Below are positions 38,001-50,700 of a stretch of DNA of 64,000 bases, in pieces (within the stretch, counting starts at the first letter, position 1; each line of letters starts with the position of its first letter). The stretch is from assembly GCF_001194135.2 (NCBI RefSeq), contig NC_068989.1, positions 947,057-1,011,056 of the forward strand. Reading direction: 5' to 3'. Under the pieces are notes generated by a model. It did not search any database. It was not told the origin of the DNA and saw only the letters and a list, made by a program, of their open reading frames with translations. The position numbers were made by a program, and so were the translations under genes. The stretch is from Octopus bimaculoides. Lineage: Eukaryota.

Positions 38001-41000
38001 TTTGTCTAATTATTTTGTAGATTAGAAGGAAATGTAAGATGAGTCTGCTCATAGATGCTACTTTTGATTGAAAAATGTTAAGTATTATTTTAGCTGCGAA
38101 ATCTCCAATTTACTTCTTATAAATAAAAATTGTCATGTTGCTTGAGAATTTAATTTATATATGCTTCAACTTACTAATTCAGAAAAACCTTTCACTTTTA
38201 ATGAAGTCTTTGTGTAATTATTTTTTTATTGGTTTGAAAGCAGTTTACTATACACAACTGATTGAACAAAAAAAAAATTATTTGTAGGAATATTTAAAAT
38301 CAATGACATAGGTTATGAATTTTTATAAGTTTAAGACAATACTTTATTTCCGTTGCACCTGATTTTTTTAATCACGTGATTATTTTGTCATGGGTTATAA
38401 ATATTTTTGGATTTAGTTTAGTTGTGTTATATATGAAGTTGATATAATCTGTATAGTTACTAGCTTAAAAACCAAGCTGTTGTTGTTGATAAATATTTTT
38501 GATTTTTGCAGGTTTTAATCTGAAAGGATTTCCTATGTTAGTTGAACCCTCAGTTTCTAAACGAAGGCAAGATTATTATTTTTTTTTTTATTTGTTAAAT
38601 CATTAATATTAATTTTGTCTTATTTACTTATAAGATTTCATTTGTCTATAAAACTTGCTTGGTATCAAACTGAGGAAAATTATAAAAATAGTGTTTTCTG
38701 TTCAAAACTGTTGGGAAACTTTATTGCTTTAAAATTGTATATAGAATTTTCTTTGCAATTAAATTTTCCAAACCAGTTTTGAAGTGAAAAATACATTGTG
38801 AAAAACTTTTGGTTAACCAGATTAAAACATAGGAAGAATTTTTACATCAGCCGAAGGATTGAAATTTTGTGTGGAGGGAACAATATTTGACTGATGCTTG
38901 TTCTGTTGACTCTGAAAAGATAAAACGCTCATCAACATTGACAGAATTTCAAGAGGGCTGTAATTAAATACCACTAAGTGCTTTGTTGAATACTAATGAT
39001 TTTACCAATCTGTTGCCCTGATAGAAACTATTTGTAACTGGATCAAGACCAGAAATTTTTGTGAACAGTTAAATTGTTAGTTTTAGACTGGTATTTGTTT
39101 TTTCAAACATTCCCACTCTTTTCACTGAAACAAAAGATAAAACCTTAGGGATTTAAATTCTAAAGGAATGTAGTGATGGTTGTTTGGTGCTTCTATGATT
39201 TCTGTTGCCAGCTTGCAAAGTTACTTGGTGACCCTGCCAGTGCAGATGCCTCACAAAAAGCACCCAGTCCACACTGTAAAGTGGTTGGCATTTGGAAGGG
39301 CATCCAGCTGTAAAAAAAACTATGCTAAAACTGACCTCATCTGTGCTGGTGCCACATAAAAAGCACTCGGCCCACTCTGCAGGGTGACTGGTGTTAGGAA
39401 GGACATCCAGCTGTAAAAACCATGTCAAAATAGACACTAAGCATGATGCTGGCTCCTGTGTGGCCAGCTCCTGTCAAACTGTCCAATCCATGTCAGCATA
39501 GAAGGAGGACGTTAAATGATGATGATGATCACAATCAGGTAACAACAGATTGACCTGGAATTAAAAAGGCTGCGACCGGTGTGCTGGGTGCTCAACCGTG
39601 GTGGATGTGGCTTTTGAGGGAGGTGGCTTTATGCCAAGTGATGAGTTGTTAAAATCTGAGATAAAGGGTATGGAGGACTGCATAGGGTGAGTGGGTGTAC
39701 ATCATTGTTTTCAAATTCTATCAAAATTTGTACTTCATTAGATCTCCATGAGTTAATTTTATCCATTACATTGTAATAGAATGGATATTCACCTTTTACA
39801 TCATTTTGTTCACTCTTTTTAATTTGTTGTTAGATAACTCTGGTCAGCTTTGAACAGAAGTGACTGATTGGAGCATTCCATTTGTAATTCTTGTGGCGGA
39901 TATCCTCTTAAGATATAGGTTTTAACTATTCAAAGATAACGTGAAGTTTGTTATATAGAGCCGATTCAGTGACTATGTAGAAGTTAATTTCACTACTAGT
40001 TTGTCCATATATATAATATATAGTCCATGACATAATGTCTTAATTCCTTGTCATTTTAATATATATATAAACACCTAATTTGCATTATTGTATGTCACTG
40101 TGGTAGAGAACTAGTTGCTCTGTTTAAAGGTTATATTTTGACTTTCAACCTTTGATCCATTCATGAGTCACATGTTGCTTTTTGTAAATATTGATTGCAA
40201 TTTGGTTGCATTTAAATAAAAGAAACAAACAAACTATTCCATTTGAAATAATCTTTGTCATTACCTCTACAATGTAACAAATCTCACAGAACTTTAGGTA
40301 TCACAGCATTGTGTTTCTATGATCTTGGCCTGCAACAAACAGATGAACTGTTTTTCAGTCACCATTTCTGTTTGACTGACAATTTAGGCTGCATCTAAAA
40401 AAAGTATCGGGACTACAGCCAGTCAATAGAAACTTGCACTTACAAATTTATGAGATGACATAGCAGCACTGGTATTGGTTGTTTTAGAGCAGAATTGAAT
40501 TCAGTTTCAGCAGTAGTTACTCTTTTTGCATGTGATGTCATCTGTGTATGTTTAACATCAATATTCCTAACGACATCCCATCTCACATAATCGTTTGTGT
40601 GTGTGTGTTAGTATATGCTGTGAATTTCAAGCTCAGATCAAGGGTTGGTAGTTAAGTCATCAGATGCCATTTTTTGAGCAAAAACTTTTTTTTTGACAAG
40701 TTTTGTTTGCCCTGAGGAGGACTGGGTTTCCCTTTGATTCTATCTCTCAGTTGTTTGTCATAGAGACAAAGTTACCTGTTAACTGTTCTTTTTAACTCAT
40801 TCTGCTGAACCACCACCGCCGCCACCACTGCTATTGTCAGTGCTAAATATAGTAAACCTATTCTGCCTCCCACATGAGTTGCTATAACTGCTGCCTCAAG
40901 ATGCTTGGAGGAATGTAGCAATTGCAACTCGCTACTAATATTACATATATTCCTATGCATAAACCTGCAATTTTGTTCTTTTTTTTTTGTAACACATTAG

Positions 41001-41023
41001 TGTGTGTGTGTGTGTGTATGTGC

Positions 41024-41061
<38 letters not shown>

Positions 41062-44000
41062 GGTGGATCATTAAAATATTTTCATTATTTCAAAATTGAC
41101 AAAAATATTAACCAAAGTATTAAAATAGTTTCACTTTAAAAAAATAATCATATTAGACTTATTTAAAGATATTTAGAATGAATAGCCTAAATCTTTGTTT
41201 TNNNNNNNNNNNNNNNNNNNNNNNNNNNNNNNNNNNNNNNNNNNNNNNNNNNNNNNNNNNNNNNNNNNNNNNNNNNNNNNNNNNNNNNNNNNNNNNNNNN
41301 NNNNNNNNNNNNNNNNNNNNNNNNNNNNNNNNNNNNNNNNNNNNNNNNNNNNNNNNNNNNNNNNNNNNNNNNNNNNNNNNNNNNNNNNNNNNNNNNNNNN
41401 NNNNNNNNNNNNNNNNNNNNNNNNNNNNNNNNNNNNNNNNNNNNNNNNNNNNNNNNNNNNNNNNNNNNNNNNNNNNNNNNNNNNNNNNNNNNNNNNNNNN
41501 NNNNNNNNNNNNNNNNNNNNNNNNNNNNNNNNNNNNNNNNNNNNNNNNNNNNNNNNNNNNNNNNNNNNNNNNNNNNNNNNNNNNNNNNNNNNNNNNNNNN
41601 NNNNNNNNNNNNNNNNNNNNNNNNNNNNNNNNNNNNNNNNNNNNNNNNNNNNNNNNNNNNNNNNNNNNNNNNNNNNNNNNNNNNNNNNNNNNNNNNNNNN
41701 NNNNNNNNNNNNNNNNNNNNNNNNNNNNNNNNNNNNNNNNNNNNNNNNNNNNNNNNNNNNNNNNNNNNNNNNNNNNNNNNNNNNNNNNNNNNNNNNNNNN
41801 NNNNNNNNNNNNNNNNNNNNNNNNNNNNNNNNNNNNNNNNNNNNNNNNNNNNNNNNNNNNNNNNNNNNNNNNNNNNNNNNNNNNNNNNNNNNNNNNNNNN
41901 NNNNNNNNNNNNNNNNNNNNATTAATCATCTTAAAATGAGAAGTTTATATTTTAAAACAAGGACAGTTTCAGACAGGTTGGTATCAAAAGTTTTAAACAT
42001 TCAATTTATATAATTCTTAGAATTAGTTTCAGTTTGAAAGCAATTATTTTCTTATTCTTTGCTTTTTTTATTTTGCACAGTTTTATGTAATTAAGATGTA
42101 ATTTATATCAGCTGAGTAAAAAATAAGCAACGTTTTGAAACCTGAAATTCATCACAATATATTTCAAGAATGTAGAAAATTTATTCCTCAAAGTACGTAC
42201 CATTACAATCAACACATTTTTGCCAACGAGTTACAAGTTTGTTTATTCCAGTAACATAAAAATCTGGAGTTCTGGAGCTGATGAACTCTTTGAATGCATT
42301 TTCACCATTGGTTTGATTTTTGAACTTCTTCTCTCGCAGGAAACCATCAAAATGCTTGGAAAAGTGGTAGTCTGTAGAAGGGCCTGGGGAATAAGCTGGA
42401 TGGGGAAGAACTTCGTAGCCAAGTTCCCTCAACTTCTGGAGTGTCATTAGTGAAATGTGTGGTCAAGCATTGTCCTGAAGAATGATTGACTCTCTTCTGT
42501 TGACCAGTCTGGGATGGAGGAGTAGCAGTTTTTCGTTCATTTGGGCAATTTCATAACAATATGTTTCTGCAGTAATGGTTTTTTGGTGGGGTTTTAAGAA
42601 GTGATAGTGGGTGAGTTAAGCAGTACATCACCAGTCACCATAAGCTTTTTTTTGAAGAGCTTGGGTTTAGGGAAGGTTTTCGGTGCTTCATTTTTTCATT
42701 ACAAGTTACAATAAGGTTGAGAAATGGATTGATCTGGTTATGGAGAAGAAGCAACGAGCAAATTTCATATCAGCGCATTGTCTGATTTTCATTCAAATCG
42801 TGTGGTACTCATTTATTGAGCTTTTTTTCATGTTTTGATTGCAAAAAGATATATTAAAAATTTCAAAACTCTGGTACAAAAATCCGGTACAAATTCTTCG
42901 TGATTCAAAACGTTGCTTACTTTTTACTCAACTTGATACAAATGTTCTATTTTGCAGAATGTTTATATTCCGTTGTTACAAAATGATCTCAGTCGTTGGA
43001 CTCACTACCTTTTTAAATTTTTAGTTAGTAATGGTGTTGTGTATGTAACTTACAACAATCCAGATCAAGCTCAGCAGTAAGTTATCTTTTAAATATTATT
43101 ATTATTATTATTATTATTATTTAGCTACATTTCTTTTACACTTTTTCACATGATTACAAACTTATGCATCACAGCATCTATTTTCCATGCTGACATAGCT
43201 CTAACTTTAGTGTTATTGTTTGTGGTGATTTCACAGTAATAAGCTGAAATATTTCATTGCTCTGTTTATTTTACGCTTAGATAAAATAAATAATCAAACA
43301 TTTAAGGATTGTATCCAGCAGTATTTGAAAAACCTTAACTTGAGGGTTATCGGTTAATTGATGTTTGTGCCCTTTTAAAAAGACATCAATAATTCAAAAC
43401 AGCTAAAATAGTTGCCAGAAATCAAAGCAGTTAAAGACTCAAAAACTGCTGCCTTCTGTTTGTTGATTTAGAGGAGGATTCTGACAGGGCTTCATGCTCT
43501 GATGTTAGGAGTAGATGACTGGTGGAGAGAATGTAGCAAACCATGTCCAGAGATGCTCTCAACAAAGTGAGTGAGCAACCTGTGCTGCTGCTGCTGCTTG
43601 TGTGGGGAGTGTGGTGTGTTGTATAATAGTAAGAAGGCATGGGCATAGTTTGGAGAAGTGCAAAAGTGGGGGAGAAATAAAGCAGGTATGCTCTACTGGA
43701 TGTGTAATGATAAGTGTGCATGCATGGATGGTGAAGCACAGTGGAGTGGACAGAGAATGAATTAAAAGAAAAATTAACATGAAATTATGATGGAAGACTT
43801 TGAAATCATTTTAGAGAAAGTTTATATCCTACAATGAAGCTTGGTATCAAAAGGGTATTAGGTTGAACTACCATTGTTGAAAGTAACACATTTCTTGAAA
43901 AATGTAACTCAAAACAAAATAAAATCTGATTATTTGAGATCTGAGAAAGTTTTTGGAAACTAAGACTATTATTTCTCTTAATAATTTAAAAAGTTAAAAT

Positions 44001-47000
44001 ATTTCAAAGTATCAAAGTTAATCAGTGTATATTGTAAATCTAATGAGACATCTACTTAATTCTTCTGTGTATTTCCTGAAAAACATGTAATTTCATAATT
44101 TGTTTATTTGTTTTTTTTTATTTGTATTTATTAATTTGTTATGAGTTTCTTTTTCCCCCCCATTTTTAGAGTTATTTCACAATTAAATGGTTATGATTTC
44201 CAAGGCTCAATTTTAAAGGTAAGGAATTGTAAAAATTCAAAATTTGTTCTGCCTAAACATTTGTATCTGCAAATATAACTGTAAAAGATAATTGAAATTC
44301 ATGATGTCTGAAGAGGTATTGCTTCTGTCCTGTAAATTATCAGATGATTTGTGAGGTGAGCTTCAAGACATCAAAACATGATGGGACAGAATGGCATCTA
44401 TATTAAAGATGGCAAGAACTAAGAGGATATTTCCAAACTGGAATATTTTATGGCTGACAAATTTTAGTAATAGTGACCATAGTTTTCTAATTGTGTTAAT
44501 CATACAACTGATAAATTATGGATAAAGATATGGCTCACATATTGATCTATTGAAAAGTACAGGGGCCCTTTTGCTTTTATGTTGATATGAAAAAGAAATT
44601 GGACAGTAAAATTAAAAAAAACAATTGGTGCCTAACCTACTACATTTCATTTTTTTTTTTTTTTTGATGAGTTTCCCATTTGTGGAGGAAATAATCTTCA
44701 AATTTTGATATGGTGAAGCAAGTAAAGTATGTTCTCAGATACACAACATATATTGAATCTGGACTTCAATCTATATTATGTGTCATGTGTCAGAAATTGG
44801 TTATGGCTGAGATCAAAACCTTTATGCTGAGTTTAATTGCATGAGACTTTTTGTCCAAATTAGTTCATTTTTAATTTCCTCTAATAATGTCTAAATTTAA
44901 TTTTATTACAATTCACTGAAATTACTCTTGTTTCATCATCATTCGATGTCCTTTTCTCCATGCTAGCATGGGTTGGATGATTTGACAAGAACGGACAAAC
45001 CAAAGGGCTCTGCCAGTTTTATGTCTGCTTTGGCTGGAATGTCCTTCCTATCACCAACCACTTAGAGTGCTCTGGGTGCATTTTTACATAGCACCAGCAC
45101 TGGTGAGATAGCCAAGTACTTGCAAGATAAGACCCCCTGCCCTCAACTGAGTATAGACTGGAGAAACTATGATAGAGGGAGAGGAGCAGGTGTCTTACTG
45201 AAGAGGTGAACACATGATTTGGCCACCTGCAAAGTGAAAGGAGACAGATGCTTGCTTTAAATAATTCTCCTTTTATTTCAATATTTGCAAATAGTAAGAC
45301 TTTTCTCGTGTAAGCTTTGTGTATACTGCTTAAAGTATAATATTTTTAGAGGTGATTTCTGTTTGGAATATAAAACAAATGTTGGCAATATAAAAACCTA
45401 AAATTATGGGAGAGAGCATAGAAGTCCATAGGTTCATAATAATTAATCACTAAGTTAATTGTAATAAAAATTGTTTGACTTAAATATGATCAATTATTTT
45501 TTAGGCTGATTTTGCTAGCAGCAGAGCACGAAATAACCAGTCTAATTCTAATAACGGCTCAGGGATGGTGTGTGGTCAAGATTTACCTCTTAGGTAAGAA
45601 AACTTGACCATTTAATGTTCATGGATTGGATGCAAAGTTTCTACAGCTGGATGCCCTTCCTAATGCCAACCACTCTAAGAGTAGTTTAACTTTGAAAATT
45701 TAATATGAATGTTTGCATAATAAATTAAATGTTTTGAAATTAATAATTCTTCTCATTGTTTAGAGTTCTGGTTGGTAGAGAATATGTCGGTGCTATCATT
45801 GGCAAACAAGGTCAAACTATAAAACAAATTACATCTCAGAGCAATGCTCGGTAAGTAAAATATTTTTTTGTCAATTTGTATTATTATTATTATTATTATT
45901 TCCAACAGAGAGTTTTTTCTTTCTTACTAGCAACAACTTTAGTCTTTGCTAGGTTAACTTTAAACAACTTGTGTGGCAAAGGACTATACATTAGTCAGTT
46001 AGAAACTTATTCTTCAAATTAACCACCCCACTGTTGTCTCTGTAAAGACTTTACTGCTCCAAAAAACAGATTTAAAAAAAAATTTTGTAACCCTTCATGG
46101 TATTTTGGTTGTCAGCATATATATCAATTTGTGATGTATTAGAAACAAATTTATTTTAATGGAAAGACAATTCAAAGTAGGGTCACTGTGCGATTTGTTT
46201 CATTAATTGGCTTATTTGGGATTAAATTACATGCTTAATAGAATGGTAATCTGATGATAAGCTAAGTTTATAATTTGATTTCAGTTTGCAAGTGTAGCTG
46301 TCTCTATTACTTGATCCAAATGAAAGATCCTCAGTTAAAATAAGAGTAATGCCAAGTAACCATATTTGGAAATTCTAACAAATGTCCCCGAATTCTTGCT
46401 TGATTGAATGAGGCGTTGCATCTGCTCCCTACTTTCTGACATTGTGTTCTATATTATTCCAGAATAGATGTACATCGGCCTCCTGATAATTCTGCTTCAG
46501 AGACGGTGAGTTTGGTTTTAGTTGTAAACTTTTTCAATGCACCAACAGCTTAAAGAAAAATGGTTTTGTTCAATTCACAAAAACATTACAGAATATGTAT
46601 TTGAGTAGATGAGTTAGTAATTTGTCATCAGTGATATCAATATCAGTTTGTATAAAGTCTTTTTACAATGTAACTTGTTGAGGACCGAAACCTTATTTAA
46701 CAAATGCAACAGCCATCAATAAATTACTGTAAATTCCAGTTATTCTTACATTTACAATTATTCTCATTTACAACCTTCACATAATAAGACAACACTTTTT
46801 ATATATCCTTATCATTTAACATCCATTTTCCTTGCTGGCATGGGTTGGATGGTTTGACTGGATCTGGCAAGGCCAGAGGACTGCACCAATCTCTACTGTC
46901 TGCTTTGGCATTGGTTCCTACAGCTGAATGCTCTTCCTAAATTCCAAGCACTTTATAGAGTGAGTGCATTGGGTGCTTTTTTTTTTTTTTACATGGTACC

Positions 47001-47705
47001 AGCAGCAGTGACGTCACAAGACCCCCTCAACTGAGTGGAAGGGGTGTAGTATTGAAGGGGTGGCTTTGTTCCAAGTAGTGGGCAGCTAGTATATGAATAG
47101 TGGNNNNNNNNNNNNNNNNNNNNNNNNNNNNNNNNNNNNNNNNNNNNNNNNNNNNNNNNNNNNNNNNNNNNNNNNNNNNNNNNNNNNNNNNNNNNNNNNN
47201 NNNNNNNNNNNNNNNNNNNGATAGACGAGAGAGAGGGGGTGGGGGGAAGTGATGGGGGAGGGTTCACCCAAGGTACAGGGAGGTGTGTATGTAATGAAGT
47301 GGACTAGGGATTGGACAGGGTGAGTTGATGGGGATGGGTAAGTTTAGGAGATTGTGAAAGAGTGGGGGATGGAGGGGAGTGGGCACAAGTAGGTGGAGGT
47401 GGTGTTAGGAGGAGGTATGGGAAAAGATTTGACTGGGACATTGTGTGTAGGTAGGTTTGCAAGGGAGAATGAGAGGGGAATACAGTGAGTGGAGGAGGTA
47501 TGAGGTAGATGGTATGTGGTGGTGGTTGTGGGGGAGGTTTGTCGGGTCATAATGGACATGCTTTTATGGCTTGTCTACTAAATTCACTGACAAGGCTCTG
47601 GTCAGTGTGGTCTAGTAGGAGACACTTGCTCAAGGTGCTGTGCAGTGCGACTGAACCCAAGACCACATTAAGAAGTTTCTTAAGCACACAGCTAATCATG
47701 CACCA

Positions 47706-47741
<36 letters not shown>

Positions 47742-50700
47742 AACCATAGAAAAGTGGATGTAATGATGATGATGTATATATTCAGAGAGAAAGAGTGGTG
47801 CAGGTATATTAAATGAATTATAAGAATTTCAACGTTGAAACCTGCAACAAAAACTGCAATTTTACAAATTTGAATAGAATATTTTCTCATCCTTTCCCCC
47901 CATTTTCTCTGGTTACTACATCAACATATCTTAACACCTTTAATGTTGCAATCACCATTTAAATTTTGTGTTCTTCATTTTCTTTTTCCCAAGTTGGTAA
48001 CAATCAAAGGCAGCTCAAGCAGCTGCACCACAGCATGCAGGGAATTAATGAAAGTTATACAGCAAGAAGCAACTTCGTTAAATCGGTTTGTTTCATTTAA
48101 ATAATTAAACTTTCGTTACTGGGTTTATGTAAATTCAGCCGTTAACATATTTGGTGTGGGTGACATGCTTTTTCTTTTTTCAAAAATATGACCCTTGTGC
48201 TCTATGTGAAGATACATATAGCCCGTTATATGTGGTTATATTTGTCTTAGAGAAATGCTTATCTCCAGCTTTTGGCTACTTTAGACTATTAGTAATTCTA
48301 TGTTCTAAAGAGAAAGAACCTGTAAATGGTTGCCAGCCTGCTAGAAATATCAACTAAATCTTCCAAATCTCATGCTAACATGTAGGTTGATTTTGGTCTG
48401 GATTCATTGTCTGGAAATAAGACTGGATGATCATGGCTGGAATGCCTTTGATCACAGGGCCGAAAAGATGGGGTTTATTTTTCCTTCTATCTTTTAACCT
48501 ATAAATTTCAACGAACATTATTAATTTCTTAACTACAGAGAAAGCATTTTAATTATTAAATGCAGAAAACCTGTTTTCTTGAATATTTCCTATAGAAATT
48601 GTTTAATTTTATATGGTAGTTTTTGATTTAAATTTTTATATTTTCTATCAATTTGAATCTTTAAATTTTTGTCTCCACTAAAACTAAAAGTACTTTCAAT
48701 ATGATATTGTGGTTATGATTTGTTTGTTCAATGTAGAGAAGAATGGGATAATATGTGAAATACTGGAGAAAGGGTATCATGGTATCAAAACAGTTTCTCT
48801 TAATTGTAATATTATTTTGACAAAATCTTTCGGAATGTATGAGCTAATAAGTTGAGCTGTTAAAATTTTTATGATACAGCAATTTATTTAAAGTACTTGA
48901 GAATTTTGGAAAAATTTACACTTCTGCAGAAAAATTTTTAAAATCTCCATTAAGTATTTCATATTGGGTCCCATTTATTCTTGCAGAGAGTGCTTCAACA
49001 CTGGAATGTAGCATCAATATTCAAGCAATTTCACAATTTGTTCAAATTTCAATTGAACAATGTATAACATTGTATGCTTTCATTCTGCTACGTGAATGAA
49101 ATTCTCTTACTTTTTGTATTGTCTTTGATGTTTGAAATATGCTACACGTTTTACCACACACAATTGGCAGTATATTATAACGAGCATTTTATATCTGAAA
49201 GGTCCTGCATCTAACTTTACCAGACCTGTGCATTATATGTGGTTGCCCTTCTTTCCAACAGGTTGAACCATTCATTTCAATAGTTGCTAACTTCAAGTCA
49301 TCTGAGAGGAGTTAATTTTATGTATAATTGGAAAATGTTTGCAAATTTTAGTTTAGCTGGTCTCCCTGTTTGGTCCATTTCATTCCACCCCCTCACACTC
49401 TCTCTCTTACACTTATTTCATTGAAACAATTGTTTTGTCTATTTTTTCAGAACAAACTCATTACGAATATTATGTCCAAACAGTCTTTGTGGTCGTATGA
49501 TTGGCAAGCATGGTAGTGTCATTAAAAGCATCATGCAAGACTCAGATTCTCACATTACGGTCTCCAGGTATTGTGCTCTTTGCCTCTTTAGCCTTTATTT
49601 CCTCTCTCTGCAACCTTCTTTCAACTGAATATTTTTTTAAAGTCCAGAAAAATGGATTCCGAAAAGAAAGTGTTTCTTTTTAAAGCAGTTTCTTTCTCTA
49701 AAATAAAGATTAAGGAAACGTTTATTTCTATTTATTTTATTGTCTCTTTTGCTAACATTATTTATTACTTTCCTCCCATTTAGTATCAATGATGCAAATG
49801 TGAATAATCATTTCATTGACCGTGTGATTACAATAAATGCTTCGCTGGATGCTATGTCCAAAGCTGAAAAGATGATATCAGAAAGGATGAGGAAATTCTA
49901 TGCTCAAGATTCTCAACAGATGGCTGTGAGTTCTGTCTCTCTGTTTTCTGCCGATTGTATTTAGGGTGTACTTATGGCATACTGATTGAATAGGCATCAA
50001 CTGGTCGTTGCTTCTACAGACACTGAATGCGGAGAAAATTCCTTACAAATGTTTTCACACTCATTTTGAAGGCTTTTCACATTCTGTGGGGTGGCATTTG
50101 GCAGTTTGAGTGCCACTGGATTAACTGAAGAAGAAACCGCAAATATATGTGAGGGGAGATAACTTGCATTGTTAATTTCAATTTAGCAATGTAGTTATCC
50201 TCCTTAGAATTTTGTATAGCAATTAAGTCAAATCACCTGCCAATAAATAGTTCTTTAATCTATTGGAGCACTATGACAGTTGAAACTATATTTTGAACTG
50301 AAATATTTTAATAAATGGCTTACTTGGTCAGTATGCTGGGTGGTATTCAGATTTTGCTCAGTTTTGATATTTTGTAATCCATAGTCTGCCAACTTAATGT
50401 CTGTGCAACCTCTCGTTAATCCTTTGATTACATTCATTCTTTTCTACTATTGTGTGGTTTCTTGAACATTTTCTAAGAATCATTAAAAACTCTACTTCCG
50501 ACAGTTTCTAGTGTAAAAAATATTGCTTTGAATTGTTTCATAAGCTTCTTATTAAGGTTTTGAATTGTGTACAAATATTCTCAAATGTTATAAGAATGTC
50601 ATTGACATCTCATTGTAGAAAATGCTAATACATGGTGATAATTAGCAAGGAACACTGTCGGTAACGTTTTAGAAGTTTAGTCTTACTGTTCTCAAGCTGC

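Noticed and set aside
38851-38890. cag|C CGA AGG ATT GAA ATT (SRRIEIL) as IGF2BP exon 3
   Set aside because: No NIP-like continuation, a stop at 38888 and no good donor at the expected length.
41159-42013. Long ORFs of 253-272 aa in the ORF track
   Set aside because: They are translations of the N gap.
42958-43024. In-frame 5' extension of IGF2BP exon 5 from tttgcag
   Set aside because: The added residues (NVYIPLLQNDLSRWTHYLFKFL) do not resemble RRM2, and the 43024 acceptor gives the expected phase.
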